The notes under the pieces are model-generated. The model was not told the origin of the DNA and ran no database searches. It worked only from the letters and a program-made list of their open reading frames with translations. A program made the position numbers and the translations under genes. DNA of 64,000 nt from Chitinophagales bacterium (GTDB lineage: Bacteria; Bacteroidota; Bacteroidia; Chitinophagales; UBA10324): NCBI GenBank assembly GCA_019694975.1, contig JAIBAY010000007.1, positions 73,720-137,719 on the forward strand, read 5' to 3'. Shown here piece after piece: positions 32,701 to 36,545 of this stretch; position 1 is the first letter of the stretch; the number at the start of each line of letters is the position of its first letter.

Positions 32701-34129
32701 TAATCGTATTGGCAGTTGCTGCGGAGGATCCTCCAATATCATTACCTGTTTCAAAAACTGTAGCAGTAATAGGCGGACAGATAAATACAATACCCTGGGC
32801 CACGTTTGAAATAGTATTCTTATAAATTTTGTTGTTTGAATTGGTACCCGCCGTGCTGGTTGCGTCCAACGCTCCAAACGGAGATGATCCGTCGCTTGAG
32901 GAAGTTGAAAATATACCGACGCTATTTGTGTATGAAGCGTTCAAAGAAATGGTACAATTCTGAATAGTATTGTTCTGTGCTCCGTTAGTTGCAGTAGCAT
33001 GAATAAGTAAGACACCAAATTCCGTCATTGTATTCGTGGCTCCTGTAGTTAGTACAGTATTACCCGCATTTTCCTGCATTGTAAGTCCGTCAATAGTTAT
33101 ATAATCACCACCAGTTATTTTAAAAACCGCATCAAATGACGCAAGTGCCGCAGTTCCTGCAGCTACCTGTAAGCCAGCAGTAATGGTAGAAGCAGCACCT
33201 GCTGCTTTTACAAACTTAATTCCGAGAGTCGATGTACCGGTTGCAGTAATATTGTAACCACCTACCGGCGCAGTTTCCGTATACCCTGCGGCAATATCAA
33301 ATTGAACATCGCCGGTACCGGTTACACCATTAGTATTTATGTAATTGACGGCAGAAGCAATTGTCGCAAAGCAACCCGGTATAGCATAATTACCAACCGG
33401 CAAAGCACCCGACAATGATCCGCAATAGTTAAAAGTCGCTTTATAGTTACTGCCGCTGTTATTGAGGAACTGAGTGCCTAAGGTGGTGGCTTCCTGGGAA
33501 AAAATTTCAATGGTATAATTAGCAGGTGTCAAGCCGGAGAGTACGTTGATGCCGAGCGTGATATCCTTCCACTGCTGATCTTCCCCGCCGCAACCATTGG
33601 CACCGCCGCTGGAATAACCGATATTGCTTTGCGTGAAAGAGCCGGGCGTAGTGCCGGTCTTATAAATCCTGTAATTGAGGGTGGTACTCGTGATATCCGC
33701 TCCGCCGCATTTGTACACGTTGTGCTCCGCGCCTTTCAGCACGAGTGTATTCGCCCCGCTGAAGTTACCGAGGTTGGCACCGTTTAAGGACGGGTTGGCA
33801 CCGCAACTGGTATTGCTCGGCATGCAGTAATAGCTGTCGCCACCACCGTTGATGCTGAATACGGCATACGAGCTGTTGAAGCCCGCCGACTGCGCAAAGC
33901 CCGGTTGCACCCCTGCTCCCAGCAGCATGGCCAAAACAAAAAAAGCAGCCACTACGAAGGAGACTGCTTTGCTCATCTTGCTTCCCGAAGAAGCGTTGGA
34001 AACGTTTGTCGTAGCAACAGGCATCGCCGGCATAACATTGACTGCCGCGTTGGTGTAGATATTTCTCATGGTCTGGTGGTTTTTACCGGTAGAAGTAGCG
34101 TGGGAAAGGGAGGAGTAACAATGCTTCAT
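14714..34129 (-). CDS. giant modular cell-surface protein, 6,471 aa (probable true start at Met52, ~33976)
   Basis: The frame is open for 19,416 nt. It has a Sec leader, MSKAVSFVVAAFFVLAMLLGAGVQPGFAQ, and three beta-helix-like super-modules ending in D[IV]GA[DW]E[FL]. It also has dozens of Ig-like modules, five ~220-aa DD..LPF.F.F.G....NG modules, one copy of the neighbour's 51-aa module, and a dockerin-like C-terminus. Confidence 0.9.
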   Translation of the reverse strand: MKHCYSSLSHATSTGKNHQTMRNIYTNAAVNVMPAMPVATTNVSNASSGSKMSKAVSFVVAAFFVLAMLLGAGVQPGFAQSAGFNSSYAVFSINGGGDSYYCMPSNTSCGANPSLNGANLGNFSGANTLVLKGAEHNVYKCGGADITSTTLNYRIYKTGTTPGSFTQSNIGYSSGGANGCGGEDQQWKDITLGINVLSGLTPANYTIEIFSQEATTLGTQFLNNSGSNYKATFNYCGSLSGALPVGNYAIPGCFATIASAVNYINTNGVTGTGDVQFDIAAGYTETAPVGGYNITATGTSTLGIKFVKAAGAASTITAGLQVAAGTAALASFDAVFKITGGDYITIDGLTMQENAGNTVLTTGATNTMTEFGVLLIHATATNGAQNNTIQNCTISLNASYTNSVGIFSTSSSDGSSPFGALDATSTAGTNSNNKIYKNTISNVAQGIVFICPPITATVFETGNDIGGSSAATANTITFGNAVASSGVWNRSQSTVQAGIYFRNGAGNTIRFNSVTSTSLAYVGSGGLNGIMISSGTAPTGVTYTSTISDNTVNITSTGVALMTGIDFGHGISTGTITGSNNNVTVNQTVSAVVSAAVIGIKANYSSATNTCNTNIIVINQTTSGTGATSSAITGLTIAGTSTTLNALTNTITINQTTSSTSAVTSPVTGIAANAVATTVNVTTTNAITIKQAQTGSGTYGSGAITYINVSAASGTINVTGNNLNTTGSTIRSTGALIGVFQDATATVLVNIKSNTMNVDRVAASGSIIFQSTSGSPSEVADTISANTITFTNLAGTTTATAISSLGGPSSPAAGNKNVNNNTINISGTHSGTTIGITCSFTNTGFIKNNSVTISCAAPTVTGITTTGTAMTITGNTLSLSSSTTSPTAMTGINESGSGVHSITNNTFSAMNFTGIITASPTVSGIAISGGTLANVFNNTITNISIGAATSTASPVIDGILISGGSGINVYKNRIHGLSTLATGTSTIVSGIRISGGGSTNPNNIYNNLIGNLTAAAAASTDAIRGINITSTSTSTTHNVYYNTINLNASSTGANFGTTGIFHTISTVSTTSTLNLRNNIVINISTPAGTGLTVAYRRSGGASNNLANYASTSNNNDFYAGTPSATRLIYSDGTSTAQTMTAYKNGVFTAGTIAPRDGSSFSEDPEFQSTTGSSADFLKYKVSSAKQIESGAVNIATYTDDYSGTVRFGNPSYVACTPAGSAPDVGAWELCGIGLDLVPPAISYTTLGSTSCTNDRTLSSTITDASSVKTATGSRPRLYFKKSTDANAFAGNTSANNGWKFVEAANSASPFSFTTDYTLLQAAVAAGDVIQYFVVASDSAASPNVGINAGSFVGATPTTVDLQAQGVTSIGGTPSSYTIVAAGLSGTVTIGASGTYTSLTGAASSLFLAINTSGMSGNVTANIIDASVTETNAVTLNAINYNGCSSGPYTLIIKPTVTSTLTGSSAGALITINGADNVVIDGSTSATSNTVCPDVAASRDLTITNTNTGTSSAVVWLQTSGSDGATGNTIRNCNITGSGVTQTLFGVGCGSSTISTSSLGTGNNSNSYINNNISGVQYGIYSQGASAGNKNQGTVINQNIINTSANTKGGIWVGFENNITISRNNVSNIAQASSPDVFGITLGIGTSVSATTATGNEVTNATVTKNTIGTVVNSGTFSAVGIAVSAATSGTNLIANNMISGVSANGTTGDFGAGIILGGGTGSTTQLYYNTVMMQGTIAGSTAATQSEPCVAITASTAPTSVEMRNNILVNKQIGNAGASVKFACVTLNYSSTVGNYAGLTSDHNNFICAGAGPGTYQIGITGGTVSGTSRTSLANWTSETGRDGAGSAPNASQTTLQVDPVFTSLPADLHLVAANATNAPLNDGAITVSITDDIDCNTRSTDIGADEFTPPACSGASASTVSAAPSNICGTSGSSVLSTSAVNSGTGIGYLWQSSATGNAGTFSAAAGVNNTATYSTGTISSTTYYRLVVTCPAASASDTSNIASVSVNPIPTAGITPAGPITVCSDALQTLTATSDAVSPTYQWKSGGTDISGATNSTYTPSTTGSYTVVVTKSGCSNTSAAVSVTVNPAVTGVVASASASTICNGGTVDLTSTGTTALAGVGYSLNGNSGVAFTDISGTGTSVGTPSDDSEHNLTLPFTFKFNGVDYTTARIGNNGVLVFGTTTGDIIYTNSCLPQDIAPSSTGSVGLITGTGNSLAAICANWDDMTTSGSVTTSIVTQQVGSLYIIQWTNEDNFNATGTGTITFQIQLEQTTNKINIVYPDITYGASGFDGGASATIGLNYSASSALQFSCNTASLVDGQSITFTPNPATLTYAWTAVPSGFTSSAQNPTGVSPTTTTIYSVSIGNGLCSASDTAKVNVNIVTGVISGDDTICAGGSAMLSIAVTGTGPWNGTLDDGTAFSGSSSPISVSVTPGSSHTYTIATLTDVGTSCTAQSGDKTGSAAITVTPSTPVSVSLAPDANPVCDGTGVTFTATPTNGGAAPNYEFFKNSLSVQNGSSNSYAYTPANGDAIYVVLTNTDAGCYSGNPYTSSTVNMTVNPLLPASVTATTPSDSICAGSAVTFTANPTNGGGSPAYQWYLNGAPVSGETNSTYNTSSIADQDSVWVVMTSNATCATGSPATSNHLHMTVSGAITASITISTVSPTTICEGTAVTFTSLTTGGAGTYQWMNGASPISGATNASYTTDSLSNGDVISCEFTANFACATPNPASSNTITMTVNPSPAIPVISADGPLTFCGPGAVKLWTQYSGSGILWSTSETTDTITVTSTSNITVTVTAGGCSSTSAITTVTINSASAIITPSSATVCTGGTVTLTALATPAAASYLWSPGSETTNTITAGAGTYSVIVTDVNGCIDTATATINENASPSVTVTATCSTIFPGGSVTLTANATAGSGTITGYQWKNSLGNIAGATNSTYTTSAAESYTVVVTNSNGCSTTSTPPVVLTTLSGALAAGMYAIPSNCGFQTINAAVNYMSANGVSGSVVFNVAAGHSENAPVGGVVYNQCALSAGIQSGSTRTVTFQKSGVGANPKINAYAGTSTTVDGIVKIVGGDYITFDGIDVAEIISNTTPTLQMEWGYALLKCDGNNGSNSNTIKNCAITLNKANTASVAIYSGNHTAANTTGLTYSNGAGNEDASRNGRNTFYGNTISNTYTGISLNGNATAGPSASLNDTLNQVGAIGQAANSITNFGGGSVAVNAIIETNQRGLSVDNNTINGGTASTSTVTGISMGSGVWGNIRNNTITLASAATTSTMTGITCGFSGGTATNPNLINITGNTVQNINYSTSTSATFTAITCSAGGTSAVININTNTVQNNTVAGTGTITCITSTSGPSGGTVNINGNTVSGNTASNVSTTGHTMALITNSGAPATLSMSNNTINNNLHSGVGTMNGLVSTGSATNFTMNTNTITNNTMTGGGGSCTLTCSQSTTSIYTYSGNTIRNNGVSTMTGTSTATVTGYSNSGSPTIETISNNSIRRLYVTGASTGTHTIRGILNNTISGNTRTVSGNQVDSLYSAGSAAITGITSSAGGTVLYSKNRVFNLIGAGASTTVIGISVTSGTQTGVYNNYIGDLLAPAATGTNAVIGISLSSTTATQAVGLYFNTIRLAASGGTTFGSSGVSISSSTTPPIVEMRNNIIDNLSTPGSAGTSFTVAYRRAASGFSGYSTASNQNNFYAGGPSANRLIYFSSTSDSAQSLSKYKSAAATRDQQSVTEDPPFISTSPAALASDYLHISSSIATQMESGAANVTGITDDWDGHIRFGNIGYPGGNPGYPSGGTAPDIGADEFQGIISDHTSPVITYTALSNGCTADRTLTATITDATGVWTTGSLVPRIYYKKGAGSYFSQPGVLTSGSGTSGTWSFTIVSSDFGGATLSDVISYYIIAQDTVPVTPNISSNASGAIATDVNTVTTDPASPSTFSIINSAVTATATATPASVCNGATSSLSATASKPGSNAPGAYTFAGSAGSGFSFITGTTVTLGSQDDGFTGNLPIGFTFNYNGTGHTVFAVSPNGWMKPGETTSATSGFFSNALISNANFIAPLWDDNNMTGGDIQYLTTGGTGNHVLTVQWKNMHVAGSGSSSNPTISMQAILYEATGKIEFVYGATSAALSSPTASIGISGNAGNFLSVTPLLPANTSTASNVSEFSVTSSANFPSGTVYTFTPPVTAITNFTWSPASDLVSTTGSPVTTNALDTTTTFTVTALDASTGCTATATVTVTVGEPLSLDVNSPAICVGQTTALTAVSFGGGAPFSYAWSPALGLSATTGASVNANPDTTTVYQVIVTDNCGATDTAYSTVTVDSLPTVIVTPDNASACGGVAAVLTASGTSVSYTWAPATGLSATTGASVSANPTAATTYTVTGTGSNTCTNTATANIQVGGTVTVTAAATPSAICSGNTTSLTSSATQTGLSYSLASLSGQTYSTLTGGGITVINTVAQLLPGFSSGTQDDGGVLITLPFTFTYMGNSFTQMSMSTNGWVAAGDISTISSTFDHAAGNLFTNSLPNNTIAAWFKDMGANIASGFPGSMRHGLIGTDVYAFQWDQAVGSSFSTTTTNLISFQVNIYGPASSNPGKIEIIYGPNAGTTATGAAIGIEDGTGGTNHYINALTGNGTATTTSSAWPGNGNGYSFTPNSLSYSWTPVADVVSANSQNTATNALGGTTTFIVTASGAGGCSDTASVTVVADPLTDLTVNSDTICEGYSTTLTAVTTGGGAPFVYTWHPAYGLSDTTGASVTANPTVTTSYTITVADGCSGMDTAYATVTVIPTPTVSISPSPAAGGICGSGSVTMVASGTATSYTWAPAAGLDVTTGTNVVATPLITTTYTVTGSTPNGCSLTATQTVTVVPTLSLVASASPSSVCSNATSQLSASASVPITGGYSLTSTPFAPVVPSGATSPGPSGDDATLSGVPIGFNFTFFGTTYSTVTISTNGFISFDASPGSGCCSGQSLPNATAPNNLIAAAWEDLDTGVDGDIDFFTQGSGINHVFVVRYNAVGHHSTTGGGGDPVTTQIVLYESSNIIEIHTTSMPQNPNGVLWNPHTQGIENAGGGVAVVDNARNANTTWTLTNDAVRFAPASPISFTYAWSPAAFLNDSSLQNPEATNVTTSTTYTVTATSTGGCTISDTVNVISIPVPTDPIGHDSIQCGLGVPGVYVTSTSGLPSPAYHWYLNPSGGTALSGENMNHLTAHTINVTDTFYVTESNGQCESNRVMVIANVTQPDVVTASVSPTPVCLGASTVLTAVQTGTTNNYQYSWTAYPATGSGITGSESGQSVSISPTAAGSYHYIVVATDTAAGCATIDTTGTLTVNPNPNISSVTATPSNICSGGTTTLAAASGNFANADVILGSDNATTKINTVGTPYRTGTTTGISIRSQYLILGSELTTAGITAGDITSLGLFVTNTPTGFISNMVISMGYTGASAMTTTFLTDPVNPVYSIATWTPVNGLNNHPFSTPFYWDGMSNIVINICGDLTVAGSGSGTTLQTYATPFMSTVANNTTCSVATGSNPTSSGTRPVFQFNAVTGVNSTGSNHWVWTPGPLNGSTVNVSPAATTTYTVTASDTITSCSSTDTITVHVGEPLLVAVNSDTICAGQSATLTAGISGGGYPYTYLWTPGGATTDVITVSLDTTTSYSVMVIDLCGDTAYASGTVLVDTLPVLVVTPASPTICTGGSVEVTVGGANTYTWSPALNLTPTTGATVTANPTANTTYTVTGTNGNGCVNTASVAITVLTPPTISSVTANLPSVCAGGSSTLTANAFQAGAMVNNYSLTSLTGQTYSTLTGGGISIINDASQLLTGFATGSQDDGGILITLPFTFTYNGNTFTQMSMSTNGWVAAGDISTITSSFDHASGNLFTSSLPSNTIAAWFKDMGANLGSGFPGSMRHGLIGTDVYAFQWDQAVGSSFSVTTTNLISFQVNIYGPASASPGRIEMIYGPAAGTTSFAAAIGIEDATGGTDHYINALTGTGNATTTSTAWPGDGNGFRFNPIPPTSLTYAWSPSATIVDTTANPASASGISATSVYTVTVTNGGGCSAVDSVTVEVIQADAYFEVQPEICKSDAGGAILVPNVPGGVFTTDAPGAIVEFFGTFYFDASAPSVDPGPHVITYTTYLGCASYNDTINVVADPTPTLDTIPAVCQNAAPFELTYGSPSGGLYYIDNNPAALTGNIFNPADYSSGSHLVTYTYTNSSFCSGSVNGSITVNLPSTPTAYSDTVCDSYTLPWGGTVTSSGAYVHTYTNASGCDSVVTANITINSCAVNFYVTLYIQGYMDEFNPGFMKPVMVNQGLAGASDPNEVDTIMIVLHDAGSYAPVDTFKGILHTNGLISCTFDNASGSASYYISIHYKNALETWSAAAVPMSVSSYDFSTDVTQAYPDVNNPNPQMIYVDGHWTIYSGDVNQDGQIAGDDFNIVEFDVTGQAFGYNVTDITGNGPTAGEDFNLLEINVSFGLFVAHP
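14717..14900 (-). other. dockerin-like duplicated Ca-binding segment at the C-terminus of the giant protein
   Basis: GDVNQDGQIAGDDFNIVEFDV and TDITGNGPTAGEDFNLLEINV are two ~21-aa segments with the D-x-[ND]-x-[DN]-G-x-[IT]-x-x-x-D EF-hand/dockerin pattern. No YPNP...type-A or SprB-type T9SS CTD is visible. Confidence 0.55.
15313..15450 (-). repeat. single copy of the 51-aa module of the neighbouring gene inside the giant gene
   Basis: The translation VCDSYTLPWGGTVTSSGAYVHTYTNASGCDSVVTANITINS follows the same pattern as the 24 tandem units at 9546-13210. Confidence 0.8.
16083..16785 (-). repeat. paralogous ~230-aa module, copy 5 (nearly identical to the copy at 20145-20835)
   Basis: YSLTSLTGQTYSTLTGGGISIIN...SQDDGGILITLPFTFTYNGNTFTQMSMSTNGWVAAGDIS...GFPGSMRHGLIGTDVYAFQWDQAVGSSF...ISFQVNIYGPAS... 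Confidence 0.85.
20145..20835 (-). repeat. paralogous ~230-aa module, copy 3
   Basis: YSLASLSGQTYSTLTGGGITVIN...TQDDGGVLITLPFTFTYMGNSFTQMSMSTNGWVAAGDIS...GFPGSMRHGLIGTDVYAFQWDQAVGSSF...ISFQVNIYGPAS... Long identical peptide runs are shared with the copy at 16083-16785. Confidence 0.85.
22703..25225 (-). other. beta-helix-like super-module C of the giant protein
   Basis: It starts LSGALAAGMYAIPSNCGFQTINAAVNYMSANG. It has many N-x-I-x-N / NNT[IV] rungs and ends ...TAPDIGADEF. Confidence 0.5.
28406..29900 (-). other. beta-helix-like super-module B of the giant protein
   Basis: NTIRNCNITG..., NNNISGVQYGI..., NNMISGV... rungs, ending ...CNTRSTDIGADEF. Confidence 0.45.
30440..33420 (-). other. 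beta-helix-like super-module A of the giant protein
   Basis: It starts LSGALPVGNYAIPGCFATIASAVNYINTNG (a paralogue of the start of module C). It has long runs of T/S/N-rich rungs and ends ...GSAPDVGAWEL. Confidence 0.5.
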
Positions 34130-34620
34130 GTAATAAAAATTAAAGGATTGAAATGTAAAGTGGATGGTTGAAAGAAGGCGGGAAAGCAGCAGCGCATGAT
34201 GAAAGGCGGGAAAGCGTTACAGCAGCACTGCAACGATGCAGGCGGCTAAAACACGCAGATGACCATGCATGAAGAGGAGTAAAGGTTAACTTCATTGAAC
34301 TGTTTTACCTGGCTGTGATTGCTTGAAAAATGCATTCGTTAATGAATGCCGGTGTTTTAAAAGCCATCAAACGTAAACCTTTATTATGCTAAAAAAAATA
34401 CAATTCGGTGACACTTTCTTACCAATTCATGAATTAAAATGCTATGAATTTTGCATCATTTCATAGCTATAGAATAAAAAATGCGAATAATATGAGTTGC
34501 CAGCCATGGCTTACGGCGGATACGGAGCATGAGGGAATATTGTTATAGGAAGGGCGTGTGTCGTGGGTGGCTGTAATTGTAGATTGGTTGTTGATGGTGG
34601 ACTATGGATTGTTGAAAAAA
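34130..34620 (-). promoter_or_regulatory. ~490-bp A+T-rich upstream region of the giant gene with direct repeats and palindromes
   Basis: The direct repeat [AG]AAGGCGGGAAAGC occurs at ~34174 and ~34202. Palindromes are GCATTC-gttaat-GAATGC (~34332-34349), AATTCATGAATT (~34423-34434) and GCTATGAA-N11-TTCATAGC (~34441-34467). No promoter element could be assigned with confidence. Confidence 0.35.
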
Positions 34621-35262
34621 CTTACAATCAAGCGAATGACCTCAACAACCAACAAGTCATCCCGAACTTGTTTCGGGATCTTAATCTTAAAGATGCCGAA
34701 ATAAATTCGGCATGACGCTTCCTGCTGGTATAACGATGCTCACTGTTAACAGCGTCCTAAAACATTATCCAGTCTATCAAATGGTAATTGCAAAAGCTAC
34801 AGTCAGGCGAAAGACCTCCACCACCCATAAGTCATCCCGAACTTGTTTCGGGATCTTATATTGAAAGATGCCGAAATAAATCCGGCATGACGCTTCCTGC
34901 TGGTATAACGATGCTCACTGTTAACAGCGTTCTAAAACATTATCCAGTCTATCAAATGGAAATTGCAAAAGCTACAATCAGGCGAATGACCTCCACCACC
35001 CATAAGTCATCCCGAACTTGTTTCGGGATCTTATATTGAAAGATGCCGAAATAAATTCGGCATGACGCTTCCTGCTGGTATGACGATGCTCACTGTTAAC
35101 AGCGTCCTAAAACATTATCCAGTCTATCAAATGGTCATTGCAAAAGCTACAATCAAGCGAATGACCTCAACTACCTATAAGTCATCCCGAACTTGGTTCG
35201 GGATCTTTATACTGAAGATGCCGAAATAAATTCGGCATGACGCTACTTACTAGTACGACGCC
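34620..35262 (+). repeat. tandem array of 4 units (175-bp period) of a double-hairpin intergenic repeat (type A units)
   Basis: GTCATCCCGAACTTGTTTCGGGATC starts at ~34656, 34831, 35006 and 35181. Each is followed ~12-15 nt later by GATGCCGAAATAAATTCGGCATGAC and a conserved ~110-nt tail. Confidence 0.9.
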
Positions 35263-35306
35263 TAAAATTGATACTGATGCCATCTTAAATATATTTTAAC
35301 ATCTAA

Positions 35307-35645
35307 TCACAAATACTCGCTTTCCATATCGATCCTGAATTGCTCGATTTCATTAACACTAAACCAATCAAAAGCCAAGTCAGCTAAATCCTTATTAGTC
35401 TCTCTCACCAGGTTCCATTTCCATTCCGCATGCCAGTTTTTCAATTGCTTTTCCCTTCGTATTGCATCAGTCATGTTTTCGAATTTTTCAAAATGAACAA
35501 GGTCCGTAAGTTGGTACTGCGAGGCAAATACGGAACCAATGCCTGCCTTGTGTTCAAGCATCCTTCTTTCAAGATTATTGGTGACGCCGATGTAAAGCGT
35601 AGTTCTCTTGTAGTTGCTGATTATATAAACAGCAGGATATTTCAT
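35307..35645 (-). CDS. stand-alone GIY-YIG nuclease family protein embedded in the repeat array
   Basis: 112 aa with AVYIISNYKRTTLYIGVTNNLERRMLEHK...REKQLKNW, the GIY-YIG core. Confidence 0.88.
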   Translation of the reverse strand: MKYPAVYIISNYKRTTLYIGVTNNLERRMLEHKAGIGSVFASQYQLTDLVHFEKFENMTDAIRREKQLKNWHAEWKWNLVRETNKDLADLAFDWFSVNEIEQFRIDMESEYL

Positions 35646-35734
35646 AGAAAATATTGATGAATATTGAATGAAGATACAACTTAGTTTTTAGCATTTATTT
35701 GATGCGGGGCAATAGATCAAAAAGTTATTGAAGA

Positions 35735-36445
35735 TGCCGAAATAAATTCGGCATGACCACGGCCAGCGATACAATGACTTCCATCGGTATGACGACCGCC
35801 AGCGGTGTGACATTGTTCAATGGTAACACAGCCTTTAACTATCATAATCGCAATTCAAGAGTAATAGCTAAAACTGCAATCATGCGAATGACTTCAACAA
35901 CCTATAAGTCATCCCGAACTTGTTTCGGGATCTTTATACTAAAGATGCCGAAATAAATTCGGCATGACGCTTCTTGCTGGTATGACGACCGCCAGCGGTG
36001 TGACATTGTTCAATGGTAACACAGCCTTTAACCATCATAAGCGCAATTCAAGAGCAATAACTAAAACTGCAATCATGCGAATGACTTCAACAACCAACAA
36101 GTCATCCCGAACTTGTTTCGGGATCTTTTATTGAAGATGCCGAAATAAATCCGGCATGACCACGGCCAGCGATACAATGACTTCCAGCGGTATGACGACC
36201 GCCAGCAGTATGAAGCTGTTCACTGGTAACACAGCCTCAGACCATCATAATCGCAATTCAAGAGCAATAACTAAAACTGCAATCATGCGAATGAACTCAA
36301 CAACCAACAAGTCATCCCGAACTTGTTTCGGGATCTTTATACTGAAGATGCCGAAATAAATTCGGCATGACGGCCTCCATTAGCCTGACGGCCTCCATTG
36401 ACATTACGGCCTCCATTAGCATAACGGCCTTCACAGGCATGTTCG
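35735..36445 (+). repeat. array of 3 double-hairpin units (193-210-bp period, type B units) ending in an 18-bp micro-tandem tail
   Basis: H1 copies lie at ~35908, 36101 and 36311, and H2 copies at ~35733, 35943, 36134 and 36347. The tail at 36361-36440 is (GACGGCCTCCATTAGCCT)-like x4. Confidence 0.9.
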
Positions 36446-36545
36446 CAATAAGGCTTCCCTTGCGATTGAATTTATTCAACGGCTGAAGAAAGCATAAAAA
36501 ACATCAGATAACATCTGCCGGATGATGAGTGCCGAAAAAGCAAGC

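Noticed and set aside
14714-34129. Many 60-165-aa ORFs on either strand inside the giant gene (e.g. 23718..24212, 19362..19814, 25641..26066).
   Set aside because: All are nested in, or antisense to, the single 19.4-kb open frame. Their compositions are skewed (Val/Pro-rich, or Cys/Arg/Tyr-rich), as expected from reading a Thr/Gly/Ala/Asn-rich gene out of frame.
33977-34129. A 51-aa N-terminal extension of the giant ORF (MKHCYSSLSHATSTGKNHQTMRNIY...).
   Set aside because: It is not hydrophobic. The first convincing signal peptide starts at Met52, so the extension is probably just open upstream frame.
34788-36359. Small ORFs in the repeat arrays (83 and 67 aa here; also 44198..44386, 44700..44885 and 44893..45078 on the other side) with peptides such as ...KSSRTCFGIFILKMPK.
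   Set aside because: They are translations of the hairpin modules themselves: SSRTCFGI corresponds to H1 and KMPK(stop) to H2. They occur once per repeat unit, have no independent start context and differ by indels between units. I treat them as non-coding repeats.
34620-36445. The possibility that the arrays are CRISPR loci.
   Set aside because: There are no unique spacers. The whole 175-210-bp unit is repeated, the periods are far larger than CRISPR repeat-plus-spacer units, and no cas genes are present.
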